Shown here: in pieces, positions 9,301-18,366 of the stretch
How the letters are laid out: each line of letters begins with the position of its first letter
Numbering within the stretch: position 1 is the stretch's first letter
Assembly: GCA_965207115.1 (NCBI GenBank)
Contig: CBDBLR010000003.1
Location: 122,674 to 186,673 of the forward strand
Reading direction: 5' to 3'
DNA from: Dehalococcoidia bacterium
Lineage (GTDB): Bacteria; Chloroflexota; Dehalococcoidia; UBA6926
Length of the DNA stretch: 64,000 nt
The notes under the pieces: model-generated
Told to the model about the DNA's origin: nothing
Databases searched by the model: none
Seen by the model: only the letters and a program-made list of their open reading frames with translations
Position numbers and translations under genes: made by a program

Positions 9301-9510
9301 CTAGGCGGCTTTCAGTGCCTCCCTGCGGGCGGCTTGTTCGGCCTTTGCATCCTCGTAACAGCGTCCCGTCAGGTGGTATGCCTTCACCGGCGAGGAGACG
9401 GCCCTTCCGTAGTCGTTGATGTCCACCGAGGCGGTCTGCATAACCGGCTCGCCGGGAGCGATGGGCTTCCCGCACCGGCAGCAGTTCTCCATTGTCATGG
9501 TCGTCTGCAT
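9301..9510 (-). CDS. Small Zn-finger-like protein
   Basis: CCRCGKPI...HLTGRC; RBS aaggag upstream. Confidence 0.6.
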   Translation of the reverse strand: MQTTMTMENCCRCGKPIAPGEPVMQTASVDINDYGRAVSSPVKAYHLTGRCYEDAKAEQAARREALKAA

Positions 9511-9627
9511 CGTCCTGTCTCTCCTTTCCCTGGTAAGAGGGTTGTCGGGAATCGTTCCGATAGAGCGAGGCCCCGCAGGTCGAATGAAACCAACGGGGCC
9601 TTGTGGGTGCGGCTCCGGGTGAGCCGT

Positions 9628-10677
9628 CTATGCCGCGATGTCCTCGATTCGTCCGTCGTCCAGGTCTAGGGCGACGACGGTCGTGTTGAGCTTCTCGCGG
9701 TGGACCTCCTTCTCCGGGGCGTCCTCGACCATCACCATCTCCTTGCTGGTGCGGCCCTTGACCAGGATGCGTCTGCCTTCGCCTTCGAGCACGAGATTGT
9801 CGAGGAAGCCCGCCGCCACCAGCATCGCCATGTGCCCCCGTCTGAGGGGCATGAGCGGCCGGGTGCGGCTGTCGTTCGCGGGCCACAGCGAGTCGGTGAT
9901 CTCGGTGCTGGCCCACAGCCCCGACCGCCGCGCCTCGGCAGCCGCCGCGGCCGGATCGACGGTGCGGGTGGTGAACAGCACGTCCCCGCTCGGCGTCGTG
10001 GCCGGTGTGTACTCCGGGTAGGAGTAGGAGTTGCGCCGGGAGCGCAGGGGCTCCGGCTCACCCACCGCCCACTCCAGAACCATGCTCTCGGCGGCCGCGT
10101 CGGGGACGGGGTCCGTCTTCCGGTAGCCCATCAGGACCACCTGGTCGAAGACCTCCCGCTCCGGGTCGGGGAAGGCCCAGCACCGCAGCCGCCCGTAGTG
10201 GGTGGACAGGTAGCGGGCCGAGACCGCGAGACGCTGCCTGGGAACGATGAAGACCAGCAGGCCGCTCTCGGCCAGGTAGCGGGTGGTGTGGGTCAGGAAG
10301 GCGTGCTCAGTCCGCTTGTCCTCCGAGTCGTAGTCGTACGGTGGGTTGAGGAGCAGCAGGCCGAAGGCCCCGTTCGCTATCGATGTGGCGAACAGGTCCG
10401 AGGACAGGGTGCGGTGGAGCCGCTCCTCGGCCTCCTCCGCCCGGTCCCGGTGCAACTCCACGCCGTAGGTCTCGATGGACATCGAGTTGGGCCGGTCGAG
10501 GTTCTCGGCCAGCCTCTGGAGCGCGTCACCGCCCCCGCAGCAGGGGTCGAGGACGCGGATGGTCTCCCGCTCCCGGTGGTAGTAGCCGGAGGGGGTGTGA
10601 ATCAGTTCGGCGATCAGGTCCACCACCCGCTCCGGAGTCGGGTAATAGCCGCCTTTCGCCTGTGCAGCCAGTCTCAT
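9628..10677 (-). CDS. Orphan amino-DNA methyltransferase (DUF6094-like)
   Basis: GYYPTP, VLDPCCGGG SAM motif and NPPY catalytic motif. Confidence 0.88.
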   Translation of the reverse strand: MRLAAQAKGGYYPTPERVVDLIAELIHTPSGYYHRERETIRVLDPCCGGGDALQRLAENLDRPNSMSIETYGVELHRDRAEEAEERLHRTLSSDLFATSIANGAFGLLLLNPPYDYDSEDKRTEHAFLTHTTRYLAESGLLVFIVPRQRLAVSARYLSTHYGRLRCWAFPDPEREVFDQVVLMGYRKTDPVPDAAAESMVLEWAVGEPEPLRSRRNSYSYPEYTPATTPSGDVLFTTRTVDPAAAAAEARRSGLWASTEITDSLWPANDSRTRPLMPLRRGHMAMLVAAGFLDNLVLEGEGRRILVKGRTSKEMVMVEDAPEKEVHREKLNTTVVALDLDDGRIEDIAA

Positions 10678-10710
10678 GTCGGTTCTCCTTTCTCTGGGTC
10701 TCGTGCCGCG

Positions 10711-11118
10711 TCATGCGGCGATTGGGATGTCCTTGGGGCGGTGGTCGAGCCCGACCACCTCGCCGACGGCCAGGTTCCGCTGGTAACAGAGGACCTGGTG
10801 AGTGCCGATGCTCTCGGCGCAGGCCGTGCAGAAGGCGGTGATCAGCTCGGCGCGGCTGGCGACGGTCATCCGGCGCACCAGCACCGAGCCTCCCTCCGGC
10901 AGGTTGTGCCGGTAGAGCATGAGTTGGGGGTCGCGCCGCTCGGCCTCTGTCGCGGGACGGAAGAAGTGGGGCTGGCCCGAACTCATCAGGTGCTCGGTGT
11001 TGTCGTGCGGGCAGAAGCGGCAGGTCTTCCCATCGGAAGAGAACCGCCGCCAGGCGTCGTAGTTGCGCTGCCCCCGCCGCTTGCTGTGGCGCTTCGCCTT
11101 CTTCAGCGTCCTATCCAT
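10711..11118 (-). CDS. Hypothetical Cys/His-rich protein
   Basis: CRFCPH...H...CTAC...C; ATG at 11118 overlaps the end of the upstream gene. Confidence 0.65.
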   Translation of the reverse strand: MDRTLKKAKRHSKRRGQRNYDAWRRFSSDGKTCRFCPHDNTEHLMSSGQPHFFRPATEAERRDPQLMLYRHNLPEGGSVLVRRMTVASRAELITAFCTACAESIGTHQVLCYQRNLAVGEVVGLDHRPKDIPIAA

Positions 11119-11761
11119 CGGACACCTCCCTGGGCAGGGTGAGCTTGCCCGACGCAACGGCGTAGGACAGGTCGTCCCGCAACCTCTTGGCGTTGGGGGA
11201 GCACCGGTAGCCGGAGACGCCGACGCTCTGGAGAGGGGTGACCTCCCCCTCCTCGATGCCCCGCTCCCAGAGCCATCCGGCCCAGGAGTCGTGGAGCGGC
11301 AGCGGGCTGCGCTTGTCGAGGAAGCGGTGATGGAGCGCCGGAGCCTCCTCCGGCGACTGCGCCAGGAGAAGGAAGCTGTCCTTCTCGTAGCCGTACTCGG
11401 CGGTCTTCGTATACACGAGGGCGTGCCACCCGCCGGTGGCGGGCAGACGGGCGATCTTGGTCGTCCAGGTGCCGATAGTCTCGTAGGGAATCACGCACCG
11501 TTGGTAGCCGCCCTGCAGCGCCATGCCGTCCGCGCCGCGTATCAGGTGGGCGACGTCCGGGGGCTGCTTCAGCAGCGACGCCCAGATCGCCTTGAGCGCC
11601 GTCTGGGAGCCGACCATCGAGACGAACCAGAGGCCCTCGGTGCGGTCGTCGCGGGCGAAGGCGTCGGCGGTGGCGCTGAAGCCACCGGCGCTTATCGTGA
11701 ACAGAGCCTGCCCCGTACTCGATACGGGGGCTTCGGGGTCTATGACGTTGGTCTGGAGCAT
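11111..11761 (-). CDS. Conserved ICE hypothetical protein upstream of the methylase
   Basis: RBS aaaggag and ATG at 11761; WFVSMVGSQTA and SPLPLHDSW motifs resemble proteins that precede ICE methylase-helicase pairs. Confidence 0.75.
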   Translation of the reverse strand: MLQTNVIDPEAPVSSTGQALFTISAGGFSATADAFARDDRTEGLWFVSMVGSQTALKAIWASLLKQPPDVAHLIRGADGMALQGGYQRCVIPYETIGTWTTKIARLPATGGWHALVYTKTAEYGYEKDSFLLLAQSPEEAPALHHRFLDKRSPLPLHDSWAGWLWERGIEEGEVTPLQSVGVSGYRCSPNAKRLRDDLSYAVASGKLTLPREVSDG

Positions 11762-11859
11762 GATGGATCTCCTTTCGCTTTGTGGGTTGGAACCGGTGCA
11801 CGGGGGGCGATGCCCCCGCGTGAGACGCCCGACGGCGCAGGCCGTCGGGACGTGGCGGG

Positions 11860-12408
11860 TCAGCCCATCAGGCCCCGCTCCTTGAGGCTGACGAAGCGGT
11901 CTCCGCCGATGACGATGTGATCGAGCAGATCGATGCCCAGCAGCTTGGCGGCTTGGGACAGCTCCCTGGTGCAGGCCGCGTCCTCCGGGCTGGGCGTGGG
12001 GTCGCCTGAGGGGTGGTTGTGGCAAACGATGATGTGGGGGACGACCTCGACAACGGCGGGCCGCAGCACCTCGGCGGGCCGCACCATCGACGAGTTCACG
12101 TTGCCCTGGTAGACGACCCGCTGGCCGACCACGACGTTCTTGGTGTTGAGCAGCAGCACCCGCAGCTGCTCCTGGGCCAGGCCGGACATCTCCGGCGCGA
12201 GCAACCTGTGAACATCTTCGGGGGTCGTGACCGAGGGCGGGGCGTCCGACCGTTCCGGCTGGACCTCCACGCCGTAGCGCAGCGCGATCTCTCCCAGGAG
12301 GTCCAGGTTGTTGCGCAGGGCGTCCAGCAGCGCCTGCCCCTCTGACTGGAAGAGGGAGAGCTGGGAGCCTGTCGATCGGGTGTCGGCGCGTATCGCTGTG
12401 GCGGACAT
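11860..12408 (-). CDS. radC: RadC-family JAB protein
   Basis: QEQLRVLLLNTKN, HNHPSGDPTPSPED, LLDHIVIG. Confidence 0.92.
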   Translation of the reverse strand: MSATAIRADTRSTGSQLSLFQSEGQALLDALRNNLDLLGEIALRYGVEVQPERSDAPPSVTTPEDVHRLLAPEMSGLAQEQLRVLLLNTKNVVVGQRVVYQGNVNSSMVRPAEVLRPAVVEVVPHIIVCHNHPSGDPTPSPEDAACTRELSQAAKLLGIDLLDHIVIGGDRFVSLKERGLMG

Positions 12409-12526
12409 GAGGGCCTCCTTGCCTATCGGTTAGAATAGAAGCGGGGCCGCCTCCTGTAGATTGGGAGCGACCCCGTGGTGGTGCGCCCGGTGGGAGGCCG
12501 GGCGTCGCTTTTCGGTTGTGCAGCGG

Positions 12527-12892
12527 CTAGAAGGGGGAGGCGTCCTCCGCCTGCCCGGCGTGCCCGTTGCCGTTGCCGTCGAGGAACACGACCTCGGAGG
12601 CGTGGACCTCGGTGCGGTGGCGGCGCTGGCCGTCGTCGGTCTCCCAGGTGTTCTGGACGAGGCGGCCCGCGACGTAGATGCGCTGCCCCTTGCCGACGTA
12701 GTTGTTGACGGCCTCGGCGAGCCCGGCCCAGCACGTCAGGTCGTGCCAGTCCGTCTCGGTCTCCCCGTTGGAGCGGGGCCGGTCGGTGGCCAGCCGCAGC
12801 TTGGTGACGGCGGTGCCGTTCGGGGTGTAGGTCATCTCGGGGTCGGTCCCGACCCTGCCCAGCAGCTCTACCTTGTTGATCGTCCGTGACAT
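12527..12892 (-). CDS. ssb: Single-stranded DNA-binding protein
   Basis: NKVELLGRVGTDPE, TDWH, KGQRIYVAGRL and an acidic EDASPF tail; ATG at 12892 after aaggagg. Confidence 0.95.
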   Translation of the reverse strand: MSRTINKVELLGRVGTDPEMTYTPNGTAVTKLRLATDRPRSNGETETDWHDLTCWAGLAEAVNNYVGKGQRIYVAGRLVQNTWETDDGQRRHRTEVHASEVVFLDGNGNGHAGQAEDASPF

Positions 12893-13010
12893 TGTTCTGT
12901 CCTCCTTATGGATGGTGTGGCGCGGTCTTCCCGCGCCCGTCTGAAATGAGAGCGGGGCCGCTCCCATAGATGGGATGACGACCCCGTCCTGCGCCCCTGT
13001 GAGGGAGCGG

Positions 13011-14108
13011 CTAGCTGACCCGGACGTACTCCGACTCGCTCTCGGTGACGATCTCCGCCCTGGTCTCGGGGTCGAGCGCCTCGTTGAGCTTCCGGTGGTT
13101 CACGGAGTACCGTGTCGTCTGCACGAGGCTGACCGTCTTTCCTCCGACGGTCGCCTTCGCGTCCCCCTGGCGGCGCATCCACGCCTTCAGGGTGTCCAGC
13201 GCGGTGCGTTTGGCCTTCTCAGGTTCCCTGATGGACTCCTGGGCCTCTGCGTAGGCCGTCACCGCGTCCCTTGCCTCCTCGTCCGTCACCTCCTGTTCCT
13301 CGATTGCAGGCTGTTCGCCGGCCTCCGCCGACCCCGGCAGGCAGACGGCCAGGAAGGGGCAGGAACGGCACTGCCAGGAGTCGGCAGTGAAGTCTCTGTC
13401 GGGCAGCGCGTCGGGGTCGGCCCCGTGCTCGACGTAGTGGGCGGTCAGCCCACTCAGCCACTCGCAGGCGTCCTGCAGGGCCGTCTCCAGCCGTTCGGCG
13501 GGTATCCGCTCCCAGTCCCAGGTGCGGTTGCCTGTGTCCATCGTTGCGATGACGGCGGCCCGCATCTCCCCGAACTCGCCTAGGGTGTAGAGGGCGGCCT
13601 GGGCCACCGCCGCCGGGTGGCTGCGCTCGGCCCCAAGGGTCTGCCAACGCTTGAAGGCGTCCGGCCCCCGCGTCTTGATCTCGACGACCATCGGGTCGCC
13701 GAAGGCGGGAGTCTCCGGTTCGTCCTCGAAGAGGAACACCTGCGGCGTGGCCGCCTCGTCTTCCGATAGCGGGAGCCGCACCGTGCCGTCGGGGTGTCCC
13801 GTGACCAGCAGGTTGGGGCCGACCCTCGCCGCCACCTGCTTCGGGTCCTGGGAGTCGGCGGGATCGACCTTCCAGCCCGCCCGTTCCATCGCCCGCACCA
13901 CCACCGGCTCCAGTGCGTTGCCCGCCTCCATCGCCGTCAGCGACTCCTCGCTGGGGGGATTCGTGGGCCGGTAGTTGGTCGCGGCGTACCAGAGGGCGCG
14001 GCGGCAGCCCAGGGCCGACGATGCCCGCACCACCAGTTCGCCGTCCTCGTTTATCTGCGCAGCGGGGCGGGAGAAGACCTCCGCCCTGTCCGTGGTCTCT
14101 GTCGTCAT
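13011..14108 (-). CDS. Cas4-like PD-(D/E)xK exonuclease with predicted Fe-S cluster
   Basis: ASSALGCRR, GHPDG, EIKT, QxxxY and CRSCPFLAVC; alternative start at 14144. Confidence 0.85.
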   Translation of the reverse strand: MTTETTDRAEVFSRPAAQINEDGELVVRASSALGCRRALWYAATNYRPTNPPSEESLTAMEAGNALEPVVVRAMERAGWKVDPADSQDPKQVAARVGPNLLVTGHPDGTVRLPLSEDEAATPQVFLFEDEPETPAFGDPMVVEIKTRGPDAFKRWQTLGAERSHPAAVAQAALYTLGEFGEMRAAVIATMDTGNRTWDWERIPAERLETALQDACEWLSGLTAHYVEHGADPDALPDRDFTADSWQCRSCPFLAVCLPGSAEAGEQPAIEEQEVTDEEARDAVTAYAEAQESIREPEKAKRTALDTLKAWMRRQGDAKATVGGKTVSLVQTTRYSVNHRKLNEALDPETRAEIVTESESEYVRVS

Positions 14109-14140
14109 GGTTCTCTTTCCTTTCCCCTGTAGATGAATGG

Positions 14141-14536
14141 TCATGCGGCGGCCTGCACTCGCTCCGCCTCCCGCTGCCTCTCTGGCTTCAGGTGGGCCTT
14201 GAGGATGTGGGCGATGCCGTCGCCGAGGCTATGGACGGGCACGCTCCTGCCGTCGCCCATCTGGTTCCAGAACGGCTGCATCTCCTGGATGCCCTGCATC
14301 TGGCCGATGACCTCCTCCAGCGGGGTTCCCCTGCGCAGGTGCAGGGAGATGAGGCGGCAGGCAAGCTCGGTGACTCCGTGCTGGAAGCTCCCCCCTTTGC
14401 CGAGAAATCCGAAGACCTCGAATGGCTCGCCCTCCTCGTCCACGGAGACGGTCACGAACAGGTTTCCGAACTCGGTTTGCAGCTTCGTGGTGGTGCTAGG
14501 CAGGCTGCGGGGCCTGGGCCGCGTCGTCGCGGTCAT
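14141..14536 (-). CDS. Stand-alone TSCPD-like domain (class II RNR C-terminal homologue)
   Basis: RPRSL...GNLFVTV...PFEVF..LGKGG...RLISLHLR.G...SLGDGIA; ATGA overlap with the upstream gene. Confidence 0.75.
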   Translation of the reverse strand: MTATTRPRPRSLPSTTTKLQTEFGNLFVTVSVDEEGEPFEVFGFLGKGGSFQHGVTELACRLISLHLRRGTPLEEVIGQMQGIQEMQPFWNQMGDGRSVPVHSLGDGIAHILKAHLKPERQREAERVQAAA

Positions 14537-15012
14537 GGCCTTCCTCCAATCCCCCGGCAGAGCGGGAGCGCGCCCTCGCAGGAGACGGCCTCCCACCGCC
14601 CGGTGTCGGCGAACGCCTCGGCCTCCTCCGTGGTGTCGAACCGTCCGATGGGGTCCGCCGCGCAGCCGCCCAGGTGGGCGACGACGTGGTAGTGAGGCGC
14701 ACAGTCGCGGAGGAATGGGAGAGCCGGAGCGGAGCGGTCGAAGTAGCCCGCCACCTTCAGGGCCATCTCCCGGTCACGGGCGTCGCCGACTCCCAGGAGC
14801 GTCCTGACGATGGGCTCCTCGCAGTCTTCCTCGGCGAAGGTTGGGGTGAACATGGCGTCCCGCAAAGCGGCGGGCAGCTCGTTCCACCGCTCGCGGCTGA
14901 GCTTCAGCCCGCCGTGGTTCGGCGTCGTGACTCGCCAGACGCCCTCGGCCAGCTCCTCGATGTCCTGTGTCCAGCCCCAGGGTGTGCTTACCAGGGTCTC
15001 AGTCGTTGTCAT
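14533..15012 (-). CDS. Hypothetical protein (DUF7007-like)
   Basis: TPWG...GVWRVTTPNHGGLKLS...EEDCE motif; RBS aaggagg. Confidence 0.65.
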   Translation of the reverse strand: MTTTETLVSTPWGWTQDIEELAEGVWRVTTPNHGGLKLSRERWNELPAALRDAMFTPTFAEEDCEEPIVRTLLGVGDARDREMALKVAGYFDRSAPALPFLRDCAPHYHVVAHLGGCAADPIGRFDTTEEAEAFADTGRWEAVSCEGALPLCRGIGGRP

Positions 15013-15108
15013 GGCTCATAGCCTCCTTGTCCTGTAATGAAGGAGCGGGGCAGCCCCCCGAATGGAGACGGCCTCGCTCTCGATTCCGAACCCGATGGAC
15101 CGGCAGGC

Positions 15109-15999
15109 TTAGGCCGCCTTCGCCTGCTGCATCTGCCGGAGCTTGTTGGCGGCGGCCTCCACCAGCGGCCCGAGCTCGGCGGCGTCCAGGTCGTCGATGT
15201 CCTTGCTCGTCCGGTCCTTCACGGCTGTCCGCACCAGGGCCTCGTTGAGGCCCTGTTCGGCGGCGATCTCGATGAGCCGCTTCCGCAGCTTCACGACCTG
15301 GGCCTCATTGCGGTCGTTGGCCTGATTCCGGGCGGAGTTGCCGTTGGATTGGGCCTGGCCGGACTTGCCGTTTGCCTGAGCCTGGGACTTGCCTCCGGCG
15401 TTGGCCTTGGCGGGGACGCGCTCCGGCTGGGCCGAGCCGTTGGCCGGGGACTGATCGCCGTAGAAGCCGTTGCCGAACTGGCAGCCGAAGCTGCGGAAGG
15501 CACGCTTCATGCCGTCCGTGACCGACCCCTTGATGGCCGTGTCGTGCCCGTCGAAGGTGTCCTCCGTCACCGGGTGGACGCCGACGTCGGTGCGGGGCAG
15601 CGCGCCCGCCACCGTGACCCGGACGGGTGCGCTGTAGCCCCGTTCCACCTTCACTTCACCGGTCTGGGGGTTGACCGTCTCGATCCGGCGCAAAGTAACG
15701 TCGCCGACCAGTTCGTAGCCCCAGCCGCCGTAGCCGAAAATCCTGTTGGCCTGGTCGATAACGGCGTGGCCTTCGAGGTAGTCGAAGGTCCTGCCGCCGC
15801 GCCCCTTGCGCTGGGAGACCAGATCGGGGTCGATGGGCTGTCCGAGCGCCTGGCTGACGGCGGGCGAGAGCCCATCCCACAGCAATTCGTGTCCGTCGAT
15901 AATGGCGGGGTCGTTGTGCGCCCCGTTGCCGTTGCGCGAGGCGACCGCGGCGCCGTTGTGGGCGCCGTTTCCGTTGTTGTGTCCGTTCCTGTTCACCAT
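15109..15999 (-). CDS. Rad52/Rad22 (Sak-like) single-strand annealing protein
   Basis: YLEGHAVIDQANRIFGYGGW and KGSVTDGMKRAFRSFG.QFGN motifs. Confidence 0.92.
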   Translation of the reverse strand: MVNRNGHNNGNGAHNGAAVASRNGNGAHNDPAIIDGHELLWDGLSPAVSQALGQPIDPDLVSQRKGRGGRTFDYLEGHAVIDQANRIFGYGGWGYELVGDVTLRRIETVNPQTGEVKVERGYSAPVRVTVAGALPRTDVGVHPVTEDTFDGHDTAIKGSVTDGMKRAFRSFGCQFGNGFYGDQSPANGSAQPERVPAKANAGGKSQAQANGKSGQAQSNGNSARNQANDRNEAQVVKLRKRLIEIAAEQGLNEALVRTAVKDRTSKDIDDLDAAELGPLVEAAANKLRQMQQAKAA

Positions 16000-16198
16000 G
16001 TCTGCCTCCTTCTCTCTGTGTGGTGTGTTCCTGTAGCGATTGGTTGTTGCGGGTCCTTCTACGGGAACCCGTGCGCGGGCGAAGCCTGTCGCGCATTGGG
16101 CATAGGCCCTCCTCAGTGGTCAGAGTGGGGATGGGTGAAGCGGGAGCGAGCCCCGCAAGCAAGCGAGCTGGGGAAGCCCGGTAGATGGGAAAAAGCCG

Positions 16199-17245
16199 CT
16201 AGCGGGCGGAGCGGGCCGCCACAGCAAGCAGGCGGAGGAAGGCGGCGCGTCCGTCTGGCCGGGCAGCCAGCTCGGCCACGTCGCCGATGCCTTCGGGGAG
16301 GGCGATGGCGGCGGCCCTGCGTCCGAGCAGGGTCAGAAGCCCGTCCGTCGCCTCGCGCCCCGCGTCGTCGTTGTCGAATGCGAGGAAGACGCGGGGGCAG
16401 CCCCGGAGGGCCGAGGCGACCCGCTCCATGCCCTGGGCGCCGAGGGCGGCGACGGATGGGAAACCCCATCCGGTAAGGAGGAGCCAGTCGAAGACGCCCT
16501 CCGTGACGACGACCCACGGGGGAGCGGGGCCGAGCCTGCCGAGTCCGAGCACCGGCTTGGGGCCGGGAAGGGCCTGGAACCGGGGCATTGCGTTCTGGTC
16601 CAGGGCCCGGCCCTTGAGCCAGCGGACGAGGCCGCCGGAGGCGTCGGGGACAACGACCATGCCGGCGAATCGCTCCGCTCCCCGCTCCATGAACAGCCCG
16701 GAGTCTCGGATGCGCTTCTCGGAGAAGCCGAGGGACTCGAGAGCCTGCCGCAGCCCGGCTCCCGGCGCGTAGCCGAGGCCGAGGCGGGCTGCGGCGACCG
16801 GGCCGACGCCCCGCGAGTCCAGGTACTCCCGCGCTTCTATCGAACGCCGGAGCATTCCGGCGTAGAAGCGCGCCGCCGCCGTCAGCAGGGTGGGGTCCCG
16901 GGGAGGCAGCGCGGCGGACGCAGGACGCCGCGTTCGGGCTGGACGAAGGGTGGCCCTGGGCGCAAGCCCTGGGCTGCCGTCCAGCCGCGCGATGGCCTCG
17001 GGCAGCGACAGGTCCTCAGACCGCTGGATGAAGTCCAGCACGTCTCCGCCCAGACCGCACCCGAAGCAGTAGAACCGCTCCGAATCGGCGTACACCGTGA
17101 AGCTGCCCTCGACCTCGTCGTGGAAGGGACAGACGCCCTGGCGGACCCTGCCCCGACCCCTGAGACGGACCCCCGACGCCTCGACCGTGTCGCCCAAGGG
17201 GTGACGGGCCTTCAGCGCGGCGATGTCCACGTTGGCCGTGACCAT
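16199..17245 (-). CDS. DnaG-type primase (CHC2 Zn finger + Toprim)
   Basis: CPFH...CFGC, VTEGVFD, FDNDDAG; start ATG at 17245 or GTG at 17248. Confidence 0.9.
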   Translation of the reverse strand: MVTANVDIAALKARHPLGDTVEASGVRLRGRGRVRQGVCPFHDEVEGSFTVYADSERFYCFGCGLGGDVLDFIQRSEDLSLPEAIARLDGSPGLAPRATLRPARTRRPASAALPPRDPTLLTAAARFYAGMLRRSIEAREYLDSRGVGPVAAARLGLGYAPGAGLRQALESLGFSEKRIRDSGLFMERGAERFAGMVVVPDASGGLVRWLKGRALDQNAMPRFQALPGPKPVLGLGRLGPAPPWVVVTEGVFDWLLLTGWGFPSVAALGAQGMERVASALRGCPRVFLAFDNDDAGREATDGLLTLLGRRAAAIALPEGIGDVAELAARPDGRAAFLRLLAVAARSAR

Positions 17246-17721
17246 CACGCACCTCCGGCCAGCGGCCTGAGCCCCCGGAGGCTGCGCCCGGAGACGACCT
17301 TGCCCGGCCTCCAGCGCATCCCCATGACCGCCGCGACCTCCAGCGTTCCGCCGTCGCCGTGGGGCACCAGCGCAGCGGCCCGTCCGGTGCCCTGGCTGTA
17401 GACCAGGGCGCCGCGGCCGCCGAACCGCCGCTTGACCAGCTGCTTCCACTCGGAGAATGCCCACCGGGCCTCCCTCGGCGTCGCCTTCTCCGAATCCACA
17501 CTTCCCAGCACCGCCAGTGCGGTGTCGATGTCCCCCGCCTGCCTGAGGCGCCGGGCCTCGTGGATCGAGCGCACAGCGCTCGGCTCCGTCTGCGTCTCCC
17601 GCTCATCCCCGAACCCCATCGCAGCGAAGAGCTGGTCGACCAACTCTTCGAGGCTGCGCCGGGGCCGCGCCGTCTCCGTGTTCATCGTCCGATTGCCTGC
17701 TACCAGTGTCGCCGTCGTCAT
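17245..17721 (-). CDS. Hypothetical protein
   Basis: RBS taaggaggt; stop overlaps the primase start. Confidence 0.7.
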   Translation of the reverse strand: MTTATLVAGNRTMNTETARPRRSLEELVDQLFAAMGFGDERETQTEPSAVRSIHEARRLRQAGDIDTALAVLGSVDSEKATPREARWAFSEWKQLVKRRFGGRGALVYSQGTGRAAALVPHGDGGTLEVAAVMGMRWRPGKVVSGRSLRGLRPLAGGA

Positions 17722-17851
17722 TACGCACCTCCTTAGTGCCTATGCTTGTGTTGCCGTCGATCCGCGCCCGCCTGCGGGCAAAGAAGAAGGGGCCGCCTCC
17801 GAAGAGACGACCCCTTGTGTGTTTGGATGGGTTGTGTGAGGGCCTAAGCCG

Positions 17852-18322
17852 TCAGCGTCGCGGTCTCCCTACCGGACGCCGGGGCATGAACCGCCTGAGC
17901 AGCAGCGCCCCGACGCCCAGCCCGAACAGGTTCAGGAAGAAGAGCTCGCCATCTCCGGTGATGAGCGGCGCCGCAATGACAAGGGCCACCGCCCCGGCCA
18001 CGACGAACCGCCTCTGCTTCCACCAGGACCGCTTCTCAGAGGCCTTGACCGGGACGTCCGTCACCTGTGTGTACGCCGTCCAGATGGGCAGCCCGATGAG
18101 GACCTCGAGCTCGGTTATCACCACGCCATTGCCGCAGCCGCCGGTGTGACACCGCACTTCGATGCCGTTGCCGTCCGGTCGCTGCCGAAACGCCAGCCCG
18201 TCCGACTTGCCGCCGTGACAGACCGCCGTCGTCGTCCAGAACCAGCCCCGCTCGAAACTCACCCGGTGCGGAAGCAGGTTTGCGATCCGCTTCGCACTCG
18301 GTCCCACGTACTGTTCCGTCAT
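17852..18322 (-). CDS. Primase-type Zn-finger protein with two C-terminal TM helices
   Basis: AVCH...RCHTGGC followed by two hydrophobic segments; RBS aaggagg. Confidence 0.7.
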   Translation of the reverse strand: MTEQYVGPSAKRIANLLPHRVSFERGWFWTTTAVCHGGKSDGLAFRQRPDGNGIEVRCHTGGCGNGVVITELEVLIGLPIWTAYTQVTDVPVKASEKRSWWKQRRFVVAGAVALVIAAPLITGDGELFFLNLFGLGVGALLLRRFMPRRPVGRPRR

Positions 18323-18366
18323 GTACAGCCTCCTTCCTTACTGTGTGTCCGTTCCGATGTCTCCAT
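18319..18366 (-). CDS. 15-aa leader peptide (METSERTHSKEGGCT)
   Basis: AAGGAGG RBS upstream; its TGA overlaps the ATG of 17852-18322. Confidence 0.45.
   Translation of the reverse strand: METSERTHSKEGGCT

Noticed and set aside
13011-14108. Cas4 as evidence of CRISPR-Cas
   Set aside because: There is no array or other cas gene; the context is a recombination module.
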